A DNA stretch of 64,000 nt from an uncultured delta proteobacterium. GTDB lineage: Bacteria > Desulfobacterota > Binatia > HRBIN30 > BPIQ01. The notes below the pieces were generated by a model, which saw only the letters and a list, made by a program, of their open reading frames with translations, did not search any database and was not told where the DNA came from. Both the position numbers and the translations under genes were made by a program. The DNA lies in assembly GCA_963761335.1 (NCBI GenBank), contig CAVXGR010000004.1, forward strand, positions 134,992-198,991, written 5' to 3'. Shown in pieces: positions 34,018 to 43,709 of this stretch (positions are counted from its first letter, which is position 1; each line of letters starts with the position of its first letter).

Positions 34018-34105
34018 TCACCGAGCCACTGAGTCACCGAGCCACTGAGTCACCGAGTCACTGAGTCACCGAGTCACTGAGTCACTGAGTCACTGAGCCA
34101 CTGAG
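34018..34105. repeat. 11 octamers (YCACYGAG), right arm of E4, inverted relative to 33497-33592
   Basis: tcaccgag|ccactgag|tcaccgag|ccactgag|tcaccgag|tcactgag|tcaccgag|tcactgag|tcactgag|tcactgag|ccactgag. Confidence 0.93.
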
Positions 34106-34604
34106 TCACGCCGTAGCAGCGGCTTTCTTCGCAGGCTGATGCACGATCACTCTGGGCGGCTTTTCCAAGGCCGGCTTGGGGTCGGCGAGCAGGCGCTGCG
34201 CTTCTTCGCGGTCGGCGGCGTTCATCGCTCGGGTCGAGGTGCAGAACTCGACGAGGATGCCGTTGGGGTCGACGACGTAGATCGAGCGGCACCAGCCGTG
34301 ATCGATCTCGCTGGCGTTGAGGTCGTGGTCGAGCCAGCGGCGCAGGCGCGCCTGGAGGTCGTCCAGGCTCGAGGCGCGGAAGGCGATGTGGTTGACCCAG
34401 ATCGGCAGCCCCATCCCGGTGGAGATGGCCGGCGACAGGAGGAGGGGATGCTGTCGTCGTGCAGGTCCCAGAAGGCGATGTACTCGTCCTTGCTGATCTC
34501 GTAGAAGACATGCTTGGCCAGCCACCGCCCTCGGTGGGCGCGGTCACCACCTTGAGAGCTGAAGATGTGTGTAAAGGTAGCGAGGCGGCGTGATGAAAAC
34601 CCAT
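34106..34604 (-). pseudogene. VOC/glyoxalase family gene with several frameshifts/deletions in the 5' half
   Basis: MGFHH.., KVVTAPTEGG, AKHVFYE..IAFWDLHDD and WVNHIAF..DHGWCRSIYVVDPNGILVEFC occur in three different frames. Confidence 0.75.
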
Positions 34605-34680
34605 GGTTCCCTCTTTCTTCTCCGCGGAGGCTATTTCCGCCGGGGCGGGTTTTCAAGGCGATTTGCGCCGCCCCCGACTC

Positions 34681-35250
34681 TCAGGCACGGCGGACGCAGA
34701 GGATCATGCCGCTGGCCTCGGCCAGCTCGGCGCTCTGCAGCTGCAGGTGATCGAGCAACGTCTTGCGAACCCGAGCGGTGTGCTGCCGGTGCTCGTCGTT
34801 GATCCAGGTCGATGGCGTCATGTCGTCGACCAGCAGCAGGCCCTGGGGCCGCAGCGCCGCGATGGTGCGCTCGAGCCCGTACCACTTGCCTCCCTGAGCG
34901 TCGGCGAAGATGAGGTCGAAGCGCCCCAGCTCGTCGAGCAGGGTGAGGATGTCGCCGGTGCGCAGCGACACCGACTCCGGCCAGGCCTCGCGGCGCGCGA
35001 TGGCCGCCGTCGCCGGATCGAGCTCGACGGAGATCAGCGAGACCTCGGAGCGGTCGCGCAGGCCGTGCACCAGCCACGAGGTGCCGACGCCGGCGCCGGA
35101 GCCGATCTCGAGAATGCGTCCGCCCGCGGGCACCGCCGCGGCGAGAACCGCCAGGAGGCGGCCGACCCCGGGCTCGCAGGACAGCGAGAAGTCGGCGTCA
35201 CGGGCCCTCTGCTCAGCGCGGGCGACAATCTCCGGCAGAGGGTGACCCAT
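34681..35250 (-). CDS. Class I SAM-dependent O-methyltransferase
   Basis: RILEIGSGAGVGT, SVELD, FDLIFADA, GLLLVDD. Confidence 0.9.
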   Translation of the reverse strand: MGHPLPEIVARAEQRARDADFSLSCEPGVGRLLAVLAAAVPAGGRILEIGSGAGVGTSWLVHGLRDRSEVSLISVELDPATAAIARREAWPESVSLRTGDILTLLDELGRFDLIFADAQGGKWYGLERTIAALRPQGLLLVDDMTPSTWINDEHRQHTARVRKTLLDHLQLQSAELAEASGMILCVRRA

Positions 35251-35324
35251 GGCCGCGGAGACTAGGACGGCCGCCGGCACAACGCCAGCAAATCGTCGAG
35301 ACTTCGTGTATAGAGTCACGGCGA

Positions 35325-35936
35325 ATGGAAGAGAGGGAATCGCGCCGGCACTTCTCGATGATCCGCAGCTTTCGGCTGGCGGATGTGTTCACCATCGCCA
35401 ACGGGTTCTGCGGCGTCGCCGCTGTCTTCCGCGCCATGCGCTTTCTCGAGGACGGTGGCGTTCGTCATCTCTACGAGGCCGTGGGGTTGATCGCCGCCGC
35501 CATCGCCGCCGATTTCCTCGACGGGCGGGTGGCGCGCTGGCGGCACCAGCCATCGCCGATGGGCCGCGAGATGGATTCGCTGGCGGACGTCATCTCCTTC
35601 GGCGTGGCGCCGGCGAGCCTCGCCTTCGCCGTCGGTCTCAACACGGTTCTCGATCAGCTGCTGCTCATGTACTTCGTGGCCTGCGGCCTCAGCCGCCTGG
35701 CGCGCTACAACATCACCGCCGAGGATCTCGCCGCCGGTAGCGACAAGGTGGAGTACTACGAGGGGATGCCGATTCCCACGAGCTTCCTGCCGCTGCTGCT
35801 CCTTCTCCTCGCCTACGCCGCCGATATCCTGCTGCCGGTGCGCACCCTCGGCGTCCGCTGGCATCTTGCCTCTCTGCTCTTCGTCGTTTCCGGAAGCTTG
35901 ATGATCAGCAAGACGCTGCGCATACCGAAGCCGTAA
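35325..35936 (+). CDS. pssA: CDP-diacylglycerol--serine O-phosphatidyltransferase (CDP-alcohol phosphotransferase)
   Basis: DFLDGRVAR..GREMDSLADVISFGVAP, RLARYN, GMPIP. Confidence 0.88.
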   Translation: MEERESRRHFSMIRSFRLADVFTIANGFCGVAAVFRAMRFLEDGGVRHLYEAVGLIAAAIAADFLDGRVARWRHQPSPMGREMDSLADVISFGVAPASLAFAVGLNTVLDQLLLMYFVACGLSRLARYNITAEDLAAGSDKVEYYEGMPIPTSFLPLLLLLLAYAADILLPVRTLGVRWHLASLLFVVSGSLMISKTLRIPKP

Positions 35937-35967
35937 GCGCGCCTGGCGCGTTTACGGCTTCGGTATG

Positions 35968-36086
35968 CGGTTCTCGAGTTGTGCAGTTGGAGGGTTTGCG
36001 AGTTCAGAAGCGGCGGTTGCCGGGTACGGATTGTCGATGCGCAACCCGACAACCCGCGAACCCGCCAACCGGGAACTTGCAATTGC
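35968..36086. repeat. Inverted octamer-array element (E5)
   Basis: cggttctc|gagttgtg|cagttgga|gggtttgc|gagttcag ... gcaacccg|acaacccg|cgaacccg|ccaaccgg. Confidence 0.75.
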
Positions 36087-36119
36087 TTCGAGCCCCGCAG
36101 ACAGCCAGAATCTCCATTC

Positions 36120-36704
36120 ATGCGCAGCGTCTGTGTCTTTTGCGGCTCCAGCCCGGGGGCTCGGCCCCTGTATGCGGAGACGGCGCGGGCCCTCGCCGCC
36201 TCGCTGGCGCGGCGCGGGATGGCGCTCGTCTACGGCGGCGGCAAGGTCGGGCTCATGGGGCTGCTCGCCGACGCCTTGCTCGAGCGCGGCGGCCGCGCGG
36301 TCGGTGTGATCCCCGAGAGCCTGCGCTCCCTCGAGGTGGCGCACGAGGGGCTGACGGAGCTCCACGTGGTGGAGAGCATGCACGCGCGCAAGGCGATGAT
36401 GGCCGATCTCGCCGATGGCTTCGTCGCCCTGCCGGGCGGCCTCGGCACCCTCGAGGAGCTCCTCGAGATCACCACTTGGGCACAGCTCGGCTTGCACACC
36501 AAGCCGATCGGTGTCCTCAACGCCGGTGGCTACTTCGCGCCCCTGCTTTCGCTGCTCGACCACGCCGTCGAGGAACGCTTCCTGCGTCCCGAGCACCGCC
36601 GCCTCCTCCTGGTCGCCACCTCCGCCGACGAGTTGCTCGAGGCGATGGGAGAATTCAAAGCGCCCGAGAGCGGCGGCAAATGGATCGATCGGGAGCAGAC
36701 GTAG
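36120..36704 (+). CDS. LOG family (TIGR00730) nucleotide phosphoribohydrolase
   Basis: VCVFCGSS, VYGGGKVGLMG, MHARK, LPGGLGTLEE. Confidence 0.95.
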   Translation: MRSVCVFCGSSPGARPLYAETARALAASLARRGMALVYGGGKVGLMGLLADALLERGGRAVGVIPESLRSLEVAHEGLTELHVVESMHARKAMMADLADGFVALPGGLGTLEELLEITTWAQLGLHTKPIGVLNAGGYFAPLLSLLDHAVEERFLRPEHRRLLLVATSADELLEAMGEFKAPESGGKWIDREQT

Positions 36705-36705
36705 T

Positions 36706-36817
36706 AAGTTGACGAGTTTGTGAGTTGTGGAGTTGTCGAGTTAGGCTAGTCAGTAGGACATTGTCGGATTCACAAGAACCCGGTAACCCTCAACTCGGTA
36801 ACCCGCCAACCTGCAAA
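36706..36817. repeat. Inverted octamer-array element (E6)
   Basis: aagttgac|gagtttgt|gagttgtg|gagttgtc|gagttagg ... agaacccg|gtaaccct|caactcg|gtaacccg|ccaacctg. Confidence 0.75.
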
Positions 36818-36830
36818 GCGGAGCGAAGCG

Positions 36831-39065
36831 ATGATTGAGACGAAATACCGCATCTGCCCTCTGTGCGAGGCGACCTGTGGGCTGGAGATCCGTGTCGCCG
36901 GCGGAGAGGTCGCGGCGATTCGCGGCGATGATGCCGATGTCTTCAGCGGCGGCTTCATCTGTCCGAAGGGCGTGGCGCTGGCGCAGCTGCACGCGGATCC
37001 CGACCGCCTGCGCCACCCCCTGGTTCGCCGCGACGGCGTCCTCGTCCCGGCGTCCTGGGAGGATGCGTTCGCCGAGGTGGAGCGCCGCCTGCTGCCGATC
37101 GTCGAGGAGCACGGTCGCGACGCGGTCGCCGTCTACCTGGGGAACCCCAACGTCCACAACCTCTCGCTGGCCATCTACGGTCAGGTGCTGCTGCGCACCC
37201 TGCGCACCACCAATATCTTCACCGCCAGCACCGTGGATCAGATTCCGAAGCAGCTGGCCTCCGGGCTGATGTTCGGGACCTTCACCAGCGTTGCGGTACC
37301 CGACATCGACCACACCGACTACCTGCTCATGCTGGGCGCCAATCCGCTCGATTCGAACGGCAGCTTGTGGACCGTTCCGGATTTTCCCGGGCGGCTGCGC
37401 GCCCTGCAGAAACGCGGCGGCCGCTGCGTCGTCGTCGACCCGCGTCGCAGCCGCACGGCCGAGGCGGCGGACCGGCATCTGTTCATTCGCCCCGGAACCG
37501 ACGCGTTGTTTCTGATGTCGCTGGTGCATGTGCTTTTCGCCGAGGGCCTGGTGGCCGCCGGGCGCCTGGCGGAGCAGACCAACGGCCTTGCCGAGGTCGA
37601 GGCGGCGGCAGGCGATTTCTCCCCGGCGCAGGTGGCGTCTGTCTGCGGCATTCCGGCTGCAGCGATCGGCGAGGTGGCGCGAGAGCTGGCGGCGGCGAAG
37701 CGCGCCGTCGTCTACGGCCGCATCGGCACCTGCACCCAGGAGTTCGGGACCCTGGCGAGCTGGCTCGTGGATGTGCTCAACCTGCTCACCGGCAACCTCG
37801 ATCGGCAAGGCGGCGCCATGTTTCCGCTGGCGGCGGGCTTCGCGGCCAACAGCCGCGGCGAGGAGGGGGTCGGCCGCGGCGTTCCCCTGGGCCGCCGGCG
37901 CAGCCGCGTGCGAAATTGCCCCGAGGTGCAGGGGGAGCTGCCGGTTGCCTGTCTCGCCGAGGAGATCGAGACGCCGGGGTCGGGGCAGGTGCGCGCCCTG
38001 ATCACCATCGCCGGCAATCCGGCGCTGAGCACGCCCAACAGCGGCCGCCTGCAGCGCGCCCTCGCCTCGCTCGAGTTCATGCTGAGCCTCGACATCTATC
38101 TGAACGAGACGGCGCGCCATGCCGACGTGATTCTCCCCGGTCTCTCGCCGCTCGAGGAGAGTCACTACGATGCGGTCTTCCCGCAGTTCGGCTATCGCAA
38201 CGCGGCGCGCTTCTCGCCCTCGGTCTTCGCCGCCCCCGCGGATCGCCCGGCAGAGTGGCAGACTCTCCTCCGCCTGGCGGCGATTCTCTCCGGCCAGGGC
38301 GCCGGCGCCGACATCGCCGCCCTGGACGACTTCGTCGCCATGTCGCAGGCGCAGGCGGCGATCGCCAGTCCGTCTTCGCCCGTCTTCGGCCGCGACGCCG
38401 GCGAGATCCTCGCGGCGCTGAGCCCGCGCCGCGGACCCGAGCGCATCGTCGACCTCGCTTTGCGCTCCGGTCCCTACGGAGATGGGTTCGGGGCACGCCC
38501 GGGTGGCCTCAGTCTCGCGGCTCTGGAGAGCCAGCCACACGGAATCGATCTGGGTCCGCTGCAGCCGCGCCTTCCCGGGGCGCTGCGCACCCCGTCGGGG
38601 AAGATCGAGCTGGCGCCAAAGCCCTTGCTCGACGACGTGCCGCGACTGCGCCAGCGGCTGCAGCAGCGCCGCGACGAGGGCATGCTCCTCGTCGGCCGGC
38701 GGCACCTGCGCACCAACAACTCCTGGATGCACAACCTGCCGCTGCTGGCCGGCGGCCGGCCGCTGTGCACGCTGCAGGTGCATCCCGACGATGCGGCGCG
38801 CCTCGGCTTGCGCGAGGGCGAGCTGGCGCGAGTGGCGTCGCGCGCTGGCCGAGTCGAGGTGCCGGTCGAGCTCACCGACCGCATCATGCCGGGCGTGGTC
38901 AGCATGCCCCACGGCTGGGGTCACGCCCAGGAGGGTGTCCGCCTGCACCTCGCGTCCAGCCGTCCGGGCGCCAACAGCAACGAGCTTGCCGACGAGGAGG
39001 CTCTCGATCCGCTCTCGGGCAACGCCGTGCTGAACGGTATCCCGGTCACCGTCGAGCCCGCCTGA
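36831..39065 (+). CDS. Molybdopterin-dependent oxidoreductase (DMSO reductase/MopB superfamily)
   Basis: CPLCEATC..CPKG Fe-S motif, GANP, VVDPRRS, RPGTD, ADVILP, NSWMHN, HPDDAARLG. Confidence 0.93.
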   Translation: MIETKYRICPLCEATCGLEIRVAGGEVAAIRGDDADVFSGGFICPKGVALAQLHADPDRLRHPLVRRDGVLVPASWEDAFAEVERRLLPIVEEHGRDAVAVYLGNPNVHNLSLAIYGQVLLRTLRTTNIFTASTVDQIPKQLASGLMFGTFTSVAVPDIDHTDYLLMLGANPLDSNGSLWTVPDFPGRLRALQKRGGRCVVVDPRRSRTAEAADRHLFIRPGTDALFLMSLVHVLFAEGLVAAGRLAEQTNGLAEVEAAAGDFSPAQVASVCGIPAAAIGEVARELAAAKRAVVYGRIGTCTQEFGTLASWLVDVLNLLTGNLDRQGGAMFPLAAGFAANSRGEEGVGRGVPLGRRRSRVRNCPEVQGELPVACLAEEIETPGSGQVRALITIAGNPALSTPNSGRLQRALASLEFMLSLDIYLNETARHADVILPGLSPLEESHYDAVFPQFGYRNAARFSPSVFAAPADRPAEWQTLLRLAAILSGQGAGADIAALDDFVAMSQAQAAIASPSSPVFGRDAGEILAALSPRRGPERIVDLALRSGPYGDGFGARPGGLSLAALESQPHGIDLGPLQPRLPGALRTPSGKIELAPKPLLDDVPRLRQRLQQRRDEGMLLVGRRHLRTNNSWMHNLPLLAGGRPLCTLQVHPDDAARLGLREGELARVASRAGRVEVPVELTDRIMPGVVSMPHGWGHAQEGVRLHLASSRPGANSNELADEEALDPLSGNAVLNGIPVTVEPA

Positions 39066-39112
39066 CCTGGGCGTGCCGCCGGCGCCGCCCGGCTGTCGAA
39101 CGCGGCGCGCCG

Positions 39113-40900
39113 CTACAGCGGCGCGGTTGCCGTGCTCCCGCCGGCGCGTGCTGCCCGCTCCCCGTCGACCATCAGTCCCTCCGGGCCGCGGCGGCGCAAG
39201 GCGCCCTCCAGCTTGGCGTCGACACCGTAGATGTCCTGGTAGAAATTGATCTGGTCGAGGTCGTCGACGCTGGCCGTCCAGTAGAGGATGTAGACCGGTA
39301 CGGGCGCCGGTAGGTTCACGCGCTGGTTGCGCAGCGAGTCGATCGCGGCGCGGATGTGGTCGCTCGACCACTCCGGGCGCGAGCGCAGCAGATAGGTCGC
39401 CAGCTCGAACGGTTTCTCGATGCGAATGCAGCCGTGGCTGAAGGCGCGGTCGGTCCGCCGGAAGAGGGCCTTGCTCGGAGTATCGTGCAAGTAGACGTTG
39501 AACTGGTTGGGAAACATGAACTTGATACGGCCCAGAGGGTTGGCCGGGCCGGGGCGTTGGCGAAAGCGGAACGGCAGGTTGGTGGCCGAGATCTGCGACC
39601 AGTCGACGGCATCCTCGTGCGGCGCGCCACCGCCGGCGAGCTCGAATTCGTTGCGGCTGAGATAGGAGGGATCGCTCTTCACCTTGGGGAGAATGTCGTC
39701 GACGGCGATACTGGGTGGGACGTTCCAGTAGGGATTGAGGATGATGTACTGGAGCTTGTCGCTGAAGAAGGGCGTGCCCCAGCCTTCCTTGCCGACGATC
39801 ACCGCCATCTGCATCACCTGTCGGTCGTCTTCGTAGACTCCCAGATCGAAGCCGGCGACATTGACGCGGATGTGCGGGTTTCCGAGGTCGGTGGGCAGCC
39901 AGCGCCAGCGTTCCATGTTGAGCGCGATCTGGCGCACGCGCACAGTCGCCGGGATATTGAGCTCCTGCATGGTGGCGCGGCCGAGAATGCCGTCCGGAGT
40001 GATCCCGTGGTGCTGCTGGAAGACGCGCAGGGCATCCGCGATCCGCCCCCCGTAGCGCGCCGGCGCAACCGAGGTGCTCACTCGCCGCTGGCGGGCGTCC
40101 GCCGCTCCATCTTCCCGCGGCGGTGGATAGCCTTCGGTGCTCAGGCGTTCCTCGAGGGAATACAGTCGGCTCGCGGCTATCGCATCGCCGGGGTGTATCG
40201 TCGGCCCGTCGGGGACCCGCGGCCAGCCGCCGGTCGCGGCGATCTGCCGATACTGAGCCAGCTCGCGCGCCAGGCGGCGATACTCCGGATGCGGCGGGTC
40301 GAGGCCCTGCAGCGCCGCGGCGACGTCTCCCTGGTCGATCCCGGCCTCGAGCACGGACGCGACGTCCGCCCGCCGGGCGCTGGTGTGCCAGGTGACGCCG
40401 ATCGCCGCCGGCTTGACGCGCCCGCGTAGCAGGTCGGTGGCGTAGACGATGAACGTTTCGGTCAGCGCCAGCTCGAGAGCGTAGCGTGCCGGGCTCGGCG
40501 GCGTGCCGTTGGCGTAGGTGCTGTGAATCTCGCGGGCCAGCTCGGCGGCGCGGTAGTCCGCCGGTTCGAGGCCTTCGTCGTCGGCTCGGAGCAGCTGCTC
40601 GACAAAGCGATACGCCTGCGGCGACAACGAGGACTCGGACGTCCAGGCGGGAGCGTAGTCGCGCCTTTCGTAGAAAGCCCGAACCGCCGCGTCAACATCG
40701 CCGCGCTCGTCGAAGCTGGCGATGCGGCGCGGGTCGATCGGCACCTGCCCCAGAAAGGACGCGAATGGGTCGACGGTACGGGTTGCGGCGGCGGTGTCAG
40801 AGGCGAGCGACGCCGATGGCGCGCCGGCCGTGCAGCCGCCGGCACAGAGCGAGACCGCGAGAACCCAATGAAGCAGGCGGATGGCGCTATTTTTTTTCAT
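39113..40900 (-). CDS. L,D-transpeptidase, YcbB/LdtD type
   Basis: LNMERWRW, NPYWNVPPSI, PGPANPLGRIKFMFPN, YLHDTP, SHGCIRIE; PG-binding FQQHHGITPDG. Confidence 0.93.
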   Translation of the reverse strand: MKKNSAIRLLHWVLAVSLCAGGCTAGAPSASLASDTAAATRTVDPFASFLGQVPIDPRRIASFDERGDVDAAVRAFYERRDYAPAWTSESSLSPQAYRFVEQLLRADDEGLEPADYRAAELAREIHSTYANGTPPSPARYALELALTETFIVYATDLLRGRVKPAAIGVTWHTSARRADVASVLEAGIDQGDVAAALQGLDPPHPEYRRLARELAQYRQIAATGGWPRVPDGPTIHPGDAIAASRLYSLEERLSTEGYPPPREDGAADARQRRVSTSVAPARYGGRIADALRVFQQHHGITPDGILGRATMQELNIPATVRVRQIALNMERWRWLPTDLGNPHIRVNVAGFDLGVYEDDRQVMQMAVIVGKEGWGTPFFSDKLQYIILNPYWNVPPSIAVDDILPKVKSDPSYLSRNEFELAGGGAPHEDAVDWSQISATNLPFRFRQRPGPANPLGRIKFMFPNQFNVYLHDTPSKALFRRTDRAFSHGCIRIEKPFELATYLLRSRPEWSSDHIRAAIDSLRNQRVNLPAPVPVYILYWTASVDDLDQINFYQDIYGVDAKLEGALRRRGPEGLMVDGERAARAGGSTATAPL

Positions 40901-41085
40901 CTCGATCGGTATTTCGTCCCGCAAGATCAATGCCTGGTCTGTATACAAGGAAATTCTGTCCAGGTCTCCCTGTGGGTATCGGTTCAGGTACTCCGGATTG
41001 TCCGGGTCTTTGTAGCTTTGGGGCGATCCACAGCCCACAAGGAAGGATTCCCGGGGTGATTGTGGCGATAGCGACGTACGCCCGG

Positions 41086-41101
41086 TGGCACGTGCTCTGC
41101 T
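41086..41101 (+). promoter_or_regulatory. Possible sigma-54 promoter upstream of the DUF2254 gene
   Basis: TGGCACGTGCTCTGCT = GG-N10-GC. Confidence 0.45.
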
Positions 41102-41226
41102 CTGCACCGCCCGCCGGGTCTTCCCCGGGCGTTGCCGGCAGGGGATCGATCGCGGTTCGACGAGCTCGGAGTGACGGACCGGGTGCTGCTGCCCGGCACG
41201 CGCATGCGCTATAGTTGACAGCACCG

Positions 41227-42561
41227 ATGAAGACGAAGCTGCTGAACCTCTGGTACTCGCTGTACTCGAACTTCTGGTTCGCGCCATTGGTCCTCAGCTG
41301 CTTGGCGCTCGGCCTCTACTTCGGCATGATCCAGCTCGACCGCACCTTGAAAGAGGAGTTCCTGCGGCAGCTCGGCTGGGCGTACAGCGGCGGCGCCGAT
41401 GGGGCGCGGGCGGTGCTCTCGGCGATCGCCGGCTCGATGATCACGGTCGCCGGCGTCGTCTTCTCGATCACCATCGTCGTTCTGCAGCTGGCGTCGTCGC
41501 AGTTCGGCCCGCGGCTGATCCGGGAGTTCATGCGCGACCGGGGAAATCAGCTGGTTCTCGGCACCTTCGTCGCCACCTTCATCTACTGCGTGCTCGTGCT
41601 CCGCTCGGTGCGTGGTGGCACTGACGCCAGCTTCGTGCCGGGCATATCGGTGACTGTCGGGGTGCTGCTGTCTCTGGTGAGCCTGGGAGTCCTGATCTAC
41701 TTCATCCATCACATCGCCCGATCAATCCAGGTGGACAACGTCATCGCCGCGGTCGCCGGCGACCTTCACCATACGATCGACCGGCTCATCCCGTCGGAGC
41801 CGCCGGAGGCGGCGCAGGTCGCGGCCTCGAGTGAGCCCTTCGCCGCCGGAGCCGCGGCGATCGAGTCGGTGGCCGACGGCTATCTGCAGGCAATCGACTT
41901 CGACTCCCTCGTGGGCCTCTGCGGCGAGCGCAATCTGCTCGTGCAAATCAGCCGGCGGCCCGGCGAGTTCGTGTTCCCCGGAGGTTTGCTTGCGAAGGTC
42001 TGGCCGGAGGCGGAGGTCGACGACGCAACGGCCGAGGCCATCCGCGGCACCTTCATCCTCGGAGGGCAGCGCACCCCCACCCAGGACCTCGACTTCATCA
42101 TCAGCCAGCTCGTCGAGATCGCGGTGCGCGCCCTCTCCCCCGGCATCAACGACCCGACCACGGCGATGCAGTGCATCGATCGGCTCGGTGCCGGCCTCTG
42201 CCGCATCGGCACGCGGCCGCCGCCGTCGGCCTATCGGTTCGACGAAGGCCACCAGCTGCGCGTCGTGGCGCCGGTGGAGAGCTTCGGACACGCCGTGGGC
42301 AACTCTTTAGATCAGATCCGCGAGCACTCGCGCGGCAACGTGGCCGTGACCCTGCACCTGCTGCACACTCTCGCCGTCATCGCCCGCTCCGCCCGCCGCG
42401 GAGAGGATCGGGCGGCGCTGCGCGCCCAGGCGGAAAAGATTCTGCGCGGTGCCCGCGAATCGCTGCCGATCGAGGACCGGGAGCAGATGGAGGCTGAATA
42501 CCGCCAGGTGATCGAGCAGACCGACGAGGATACGCCGGAATCGCAGACGGCGACAGGCTAG
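41227..42561 (+). CDS. DUF2254 family membrane protein
   Basis: LASSQFGPRLI, LIYFIHHIARSIQ, EIAVRALSPGINDPTTA. Confidence 0.9.
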   Translation: MKTKLLNLWYSLYSNFWFAPLVLSCLALGLYFGMIQLDRTLKEEFLRQLGWAYSGGADGARAVLSAIAGSMITVAGVVFSITIVVLQLASSQFGPRLIREFMRDRGNQLVLGTFVATFIYCVLVLRSVRGGTDASFVPGISVTVGVLLSLVSLGVLIYFIHHIARSIQVDNVIAAVAGDLHHTIDRLIPSEPPEAAQVAASSEPFAAGAAAIESVADGYLQAIDFDSLVGLCGERNLLVQISRRPGEFVFPGGLLAKVWPEAEVDDATAEAIRGTFILGGQRTPTQDLDFIISQLVEIAVRALSPGINDPTTAMQCIDRLGAGLCRIGTRPPPSAYRFDEGHQLRVVAPVESFGHAVGNSLDQIREHSRGNVAVTLHLLHTLAVIARSARRGEDRAALRAQAEKILRGARESLPIEDREQMEAEYRQVIEQTDEDTPESQTATG

Positions 42562-42566
42562 CAGCC

Positions 42567-43466
42567 TCAGCGGCGCAGGTGGAGCTTGCCAGCGTCGTCC
42601 GCGTAACGGCGGACGTGGTCGCCGTCGAACTCCACCCGCGAGGAGTCGTACTGCCAGGTGTCGCCGATGACGGCGGATGGGGTTCCCTGGGCGGCGAGCA
42701 CCTCATCGCGGCTCGAGCCCACGGCGAAGCCGCGGCTCGACGAGCCCGCCGTCTCTCCGCCCATGCGAACGCGGAGATTGCGCGAGATGTTGGCGTAGCC
42801 GACCACGCGACCGTCGGCGAAGGTCACGAACGAGAATCCGTATCGCCACGAGTCGCCCACCACCGCCGTCGGGTTGCCCTGTGCCGCCAGCACCTGCTCG
42901 CGGGTGGAGCCGATGGTGAAGCTGGAGGGCACGCCAGGGGGCTGCGGGCGCAGCCACACGAGGGCTGCCGCGGCCGCCACGGCCCCGGCAACGGCGGCGG
43001 CGAGGAGCCACTTCTTCGCCTGGTGCAGGGCGGGGCGGGTGTCGGGCGCCGGGCGCGCTGCCGGCGGTGTCCAGACCTCCGTCGGCCGGCGGCCGACGTC
43101 GGTGATCTGCAGCTCGATCTCGTTGGTCGGCTTCAATTGGGCGCGAAACGCCGAGCCGCACTCGGGGCAGCGATGCGGCTCATCGCCGAGCGGGTAGGGC
43201 AGATGGTTGGGCTCCAGGCAGACCGGACAGCGAACCAGCACGCTGCGGTCGGCGGCATTGGCGGCGGCGATGGCGCCAATCCGCTCGCTGAGCCAGGTGT
43301 ACGCGGCGTTCAGCTCTCGCAGCTTCTTCTCGGCGGCGGCCCGCAGACGCGCCTCCGATGCCGGGAAGCGATCGGGATGCCACACCTTCACCAGGTCGCG
43401 GTACGCCTGCCGCATCTCATCCAGGGTGGCGCCCGGAGAGAGATCCAGAACCGAAAGGTAATGCAT
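42567..43466 (-). CDS. J-domain protein with Zn-ribbon, TM helix and two BamE/SmpA-like repeats
   Basis: AYRDLVKVWHPDRF..LNAAY; CPVC..CPEC; TM; two GS(T/S)R.(Q/E)VLAAQG.P..V.GD.W.Y repeats. Confidence 0.8.
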   Translation of the reverse strand: MHYLSVLDLSPGATLDEMRQAYRDLVKVWHPDRFPASEARLRAAAEKKLRELNAAYTWLSERIGAIAAANAADRSVLVRCPVCLEPNHLPYPLGDEPHRCPECGSAFRAQLKPTNEIELQITDVGRRPTEVWTPPAARPAPDTRPALHQAKKWLLAAAVAGAVAAAAALVWLRPQPPGVPSSFTIGSTREQVLAAQGNPTAVVGDSWRYGFSFVTFADGRVVGYANISRNLRVRMGGETAGSSSRGFAVGSSRDEVLAAQGTPSAVIGDTWQYDSSRVEFDGDHVRRYADDAGKLHLRR

Positions 43467-43606
43467 CGAGTCGTCGTTTCGGTCTGCAGTCACGGTTGCC
43501 GTCCCGGTCCCCGGCTCCTTGTGCGCCCAAGTGGCCGTCCAGATCAAGGGGCGGGGGCGGAGCCTTCCCGCTCGCCGGGGGTTGAAGAGGCTGTGGCGAA
43601 ACCGGA

Positions 43607-43652
43607 GCAGAAGCGCCGTCCCGGCGCGTCCGAAGCGGTGGGACGCCGCTTC
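43607..43652. repeat. Degenerate R1 REP doublet
   Basis: GCAGAAGCGCCGTCCCGGCGCGTCCGAAGCGGTGGGACGCCGCTTC matches the core of the 97-bp unit. Confidence 0.75.
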
Positions 43653-43709
43653 GGCTCCGGGGGCTGAAGCGGGTCCAAACCCGAGAGCGAGGGAGAGGTC
43701 CTGGCTTCC

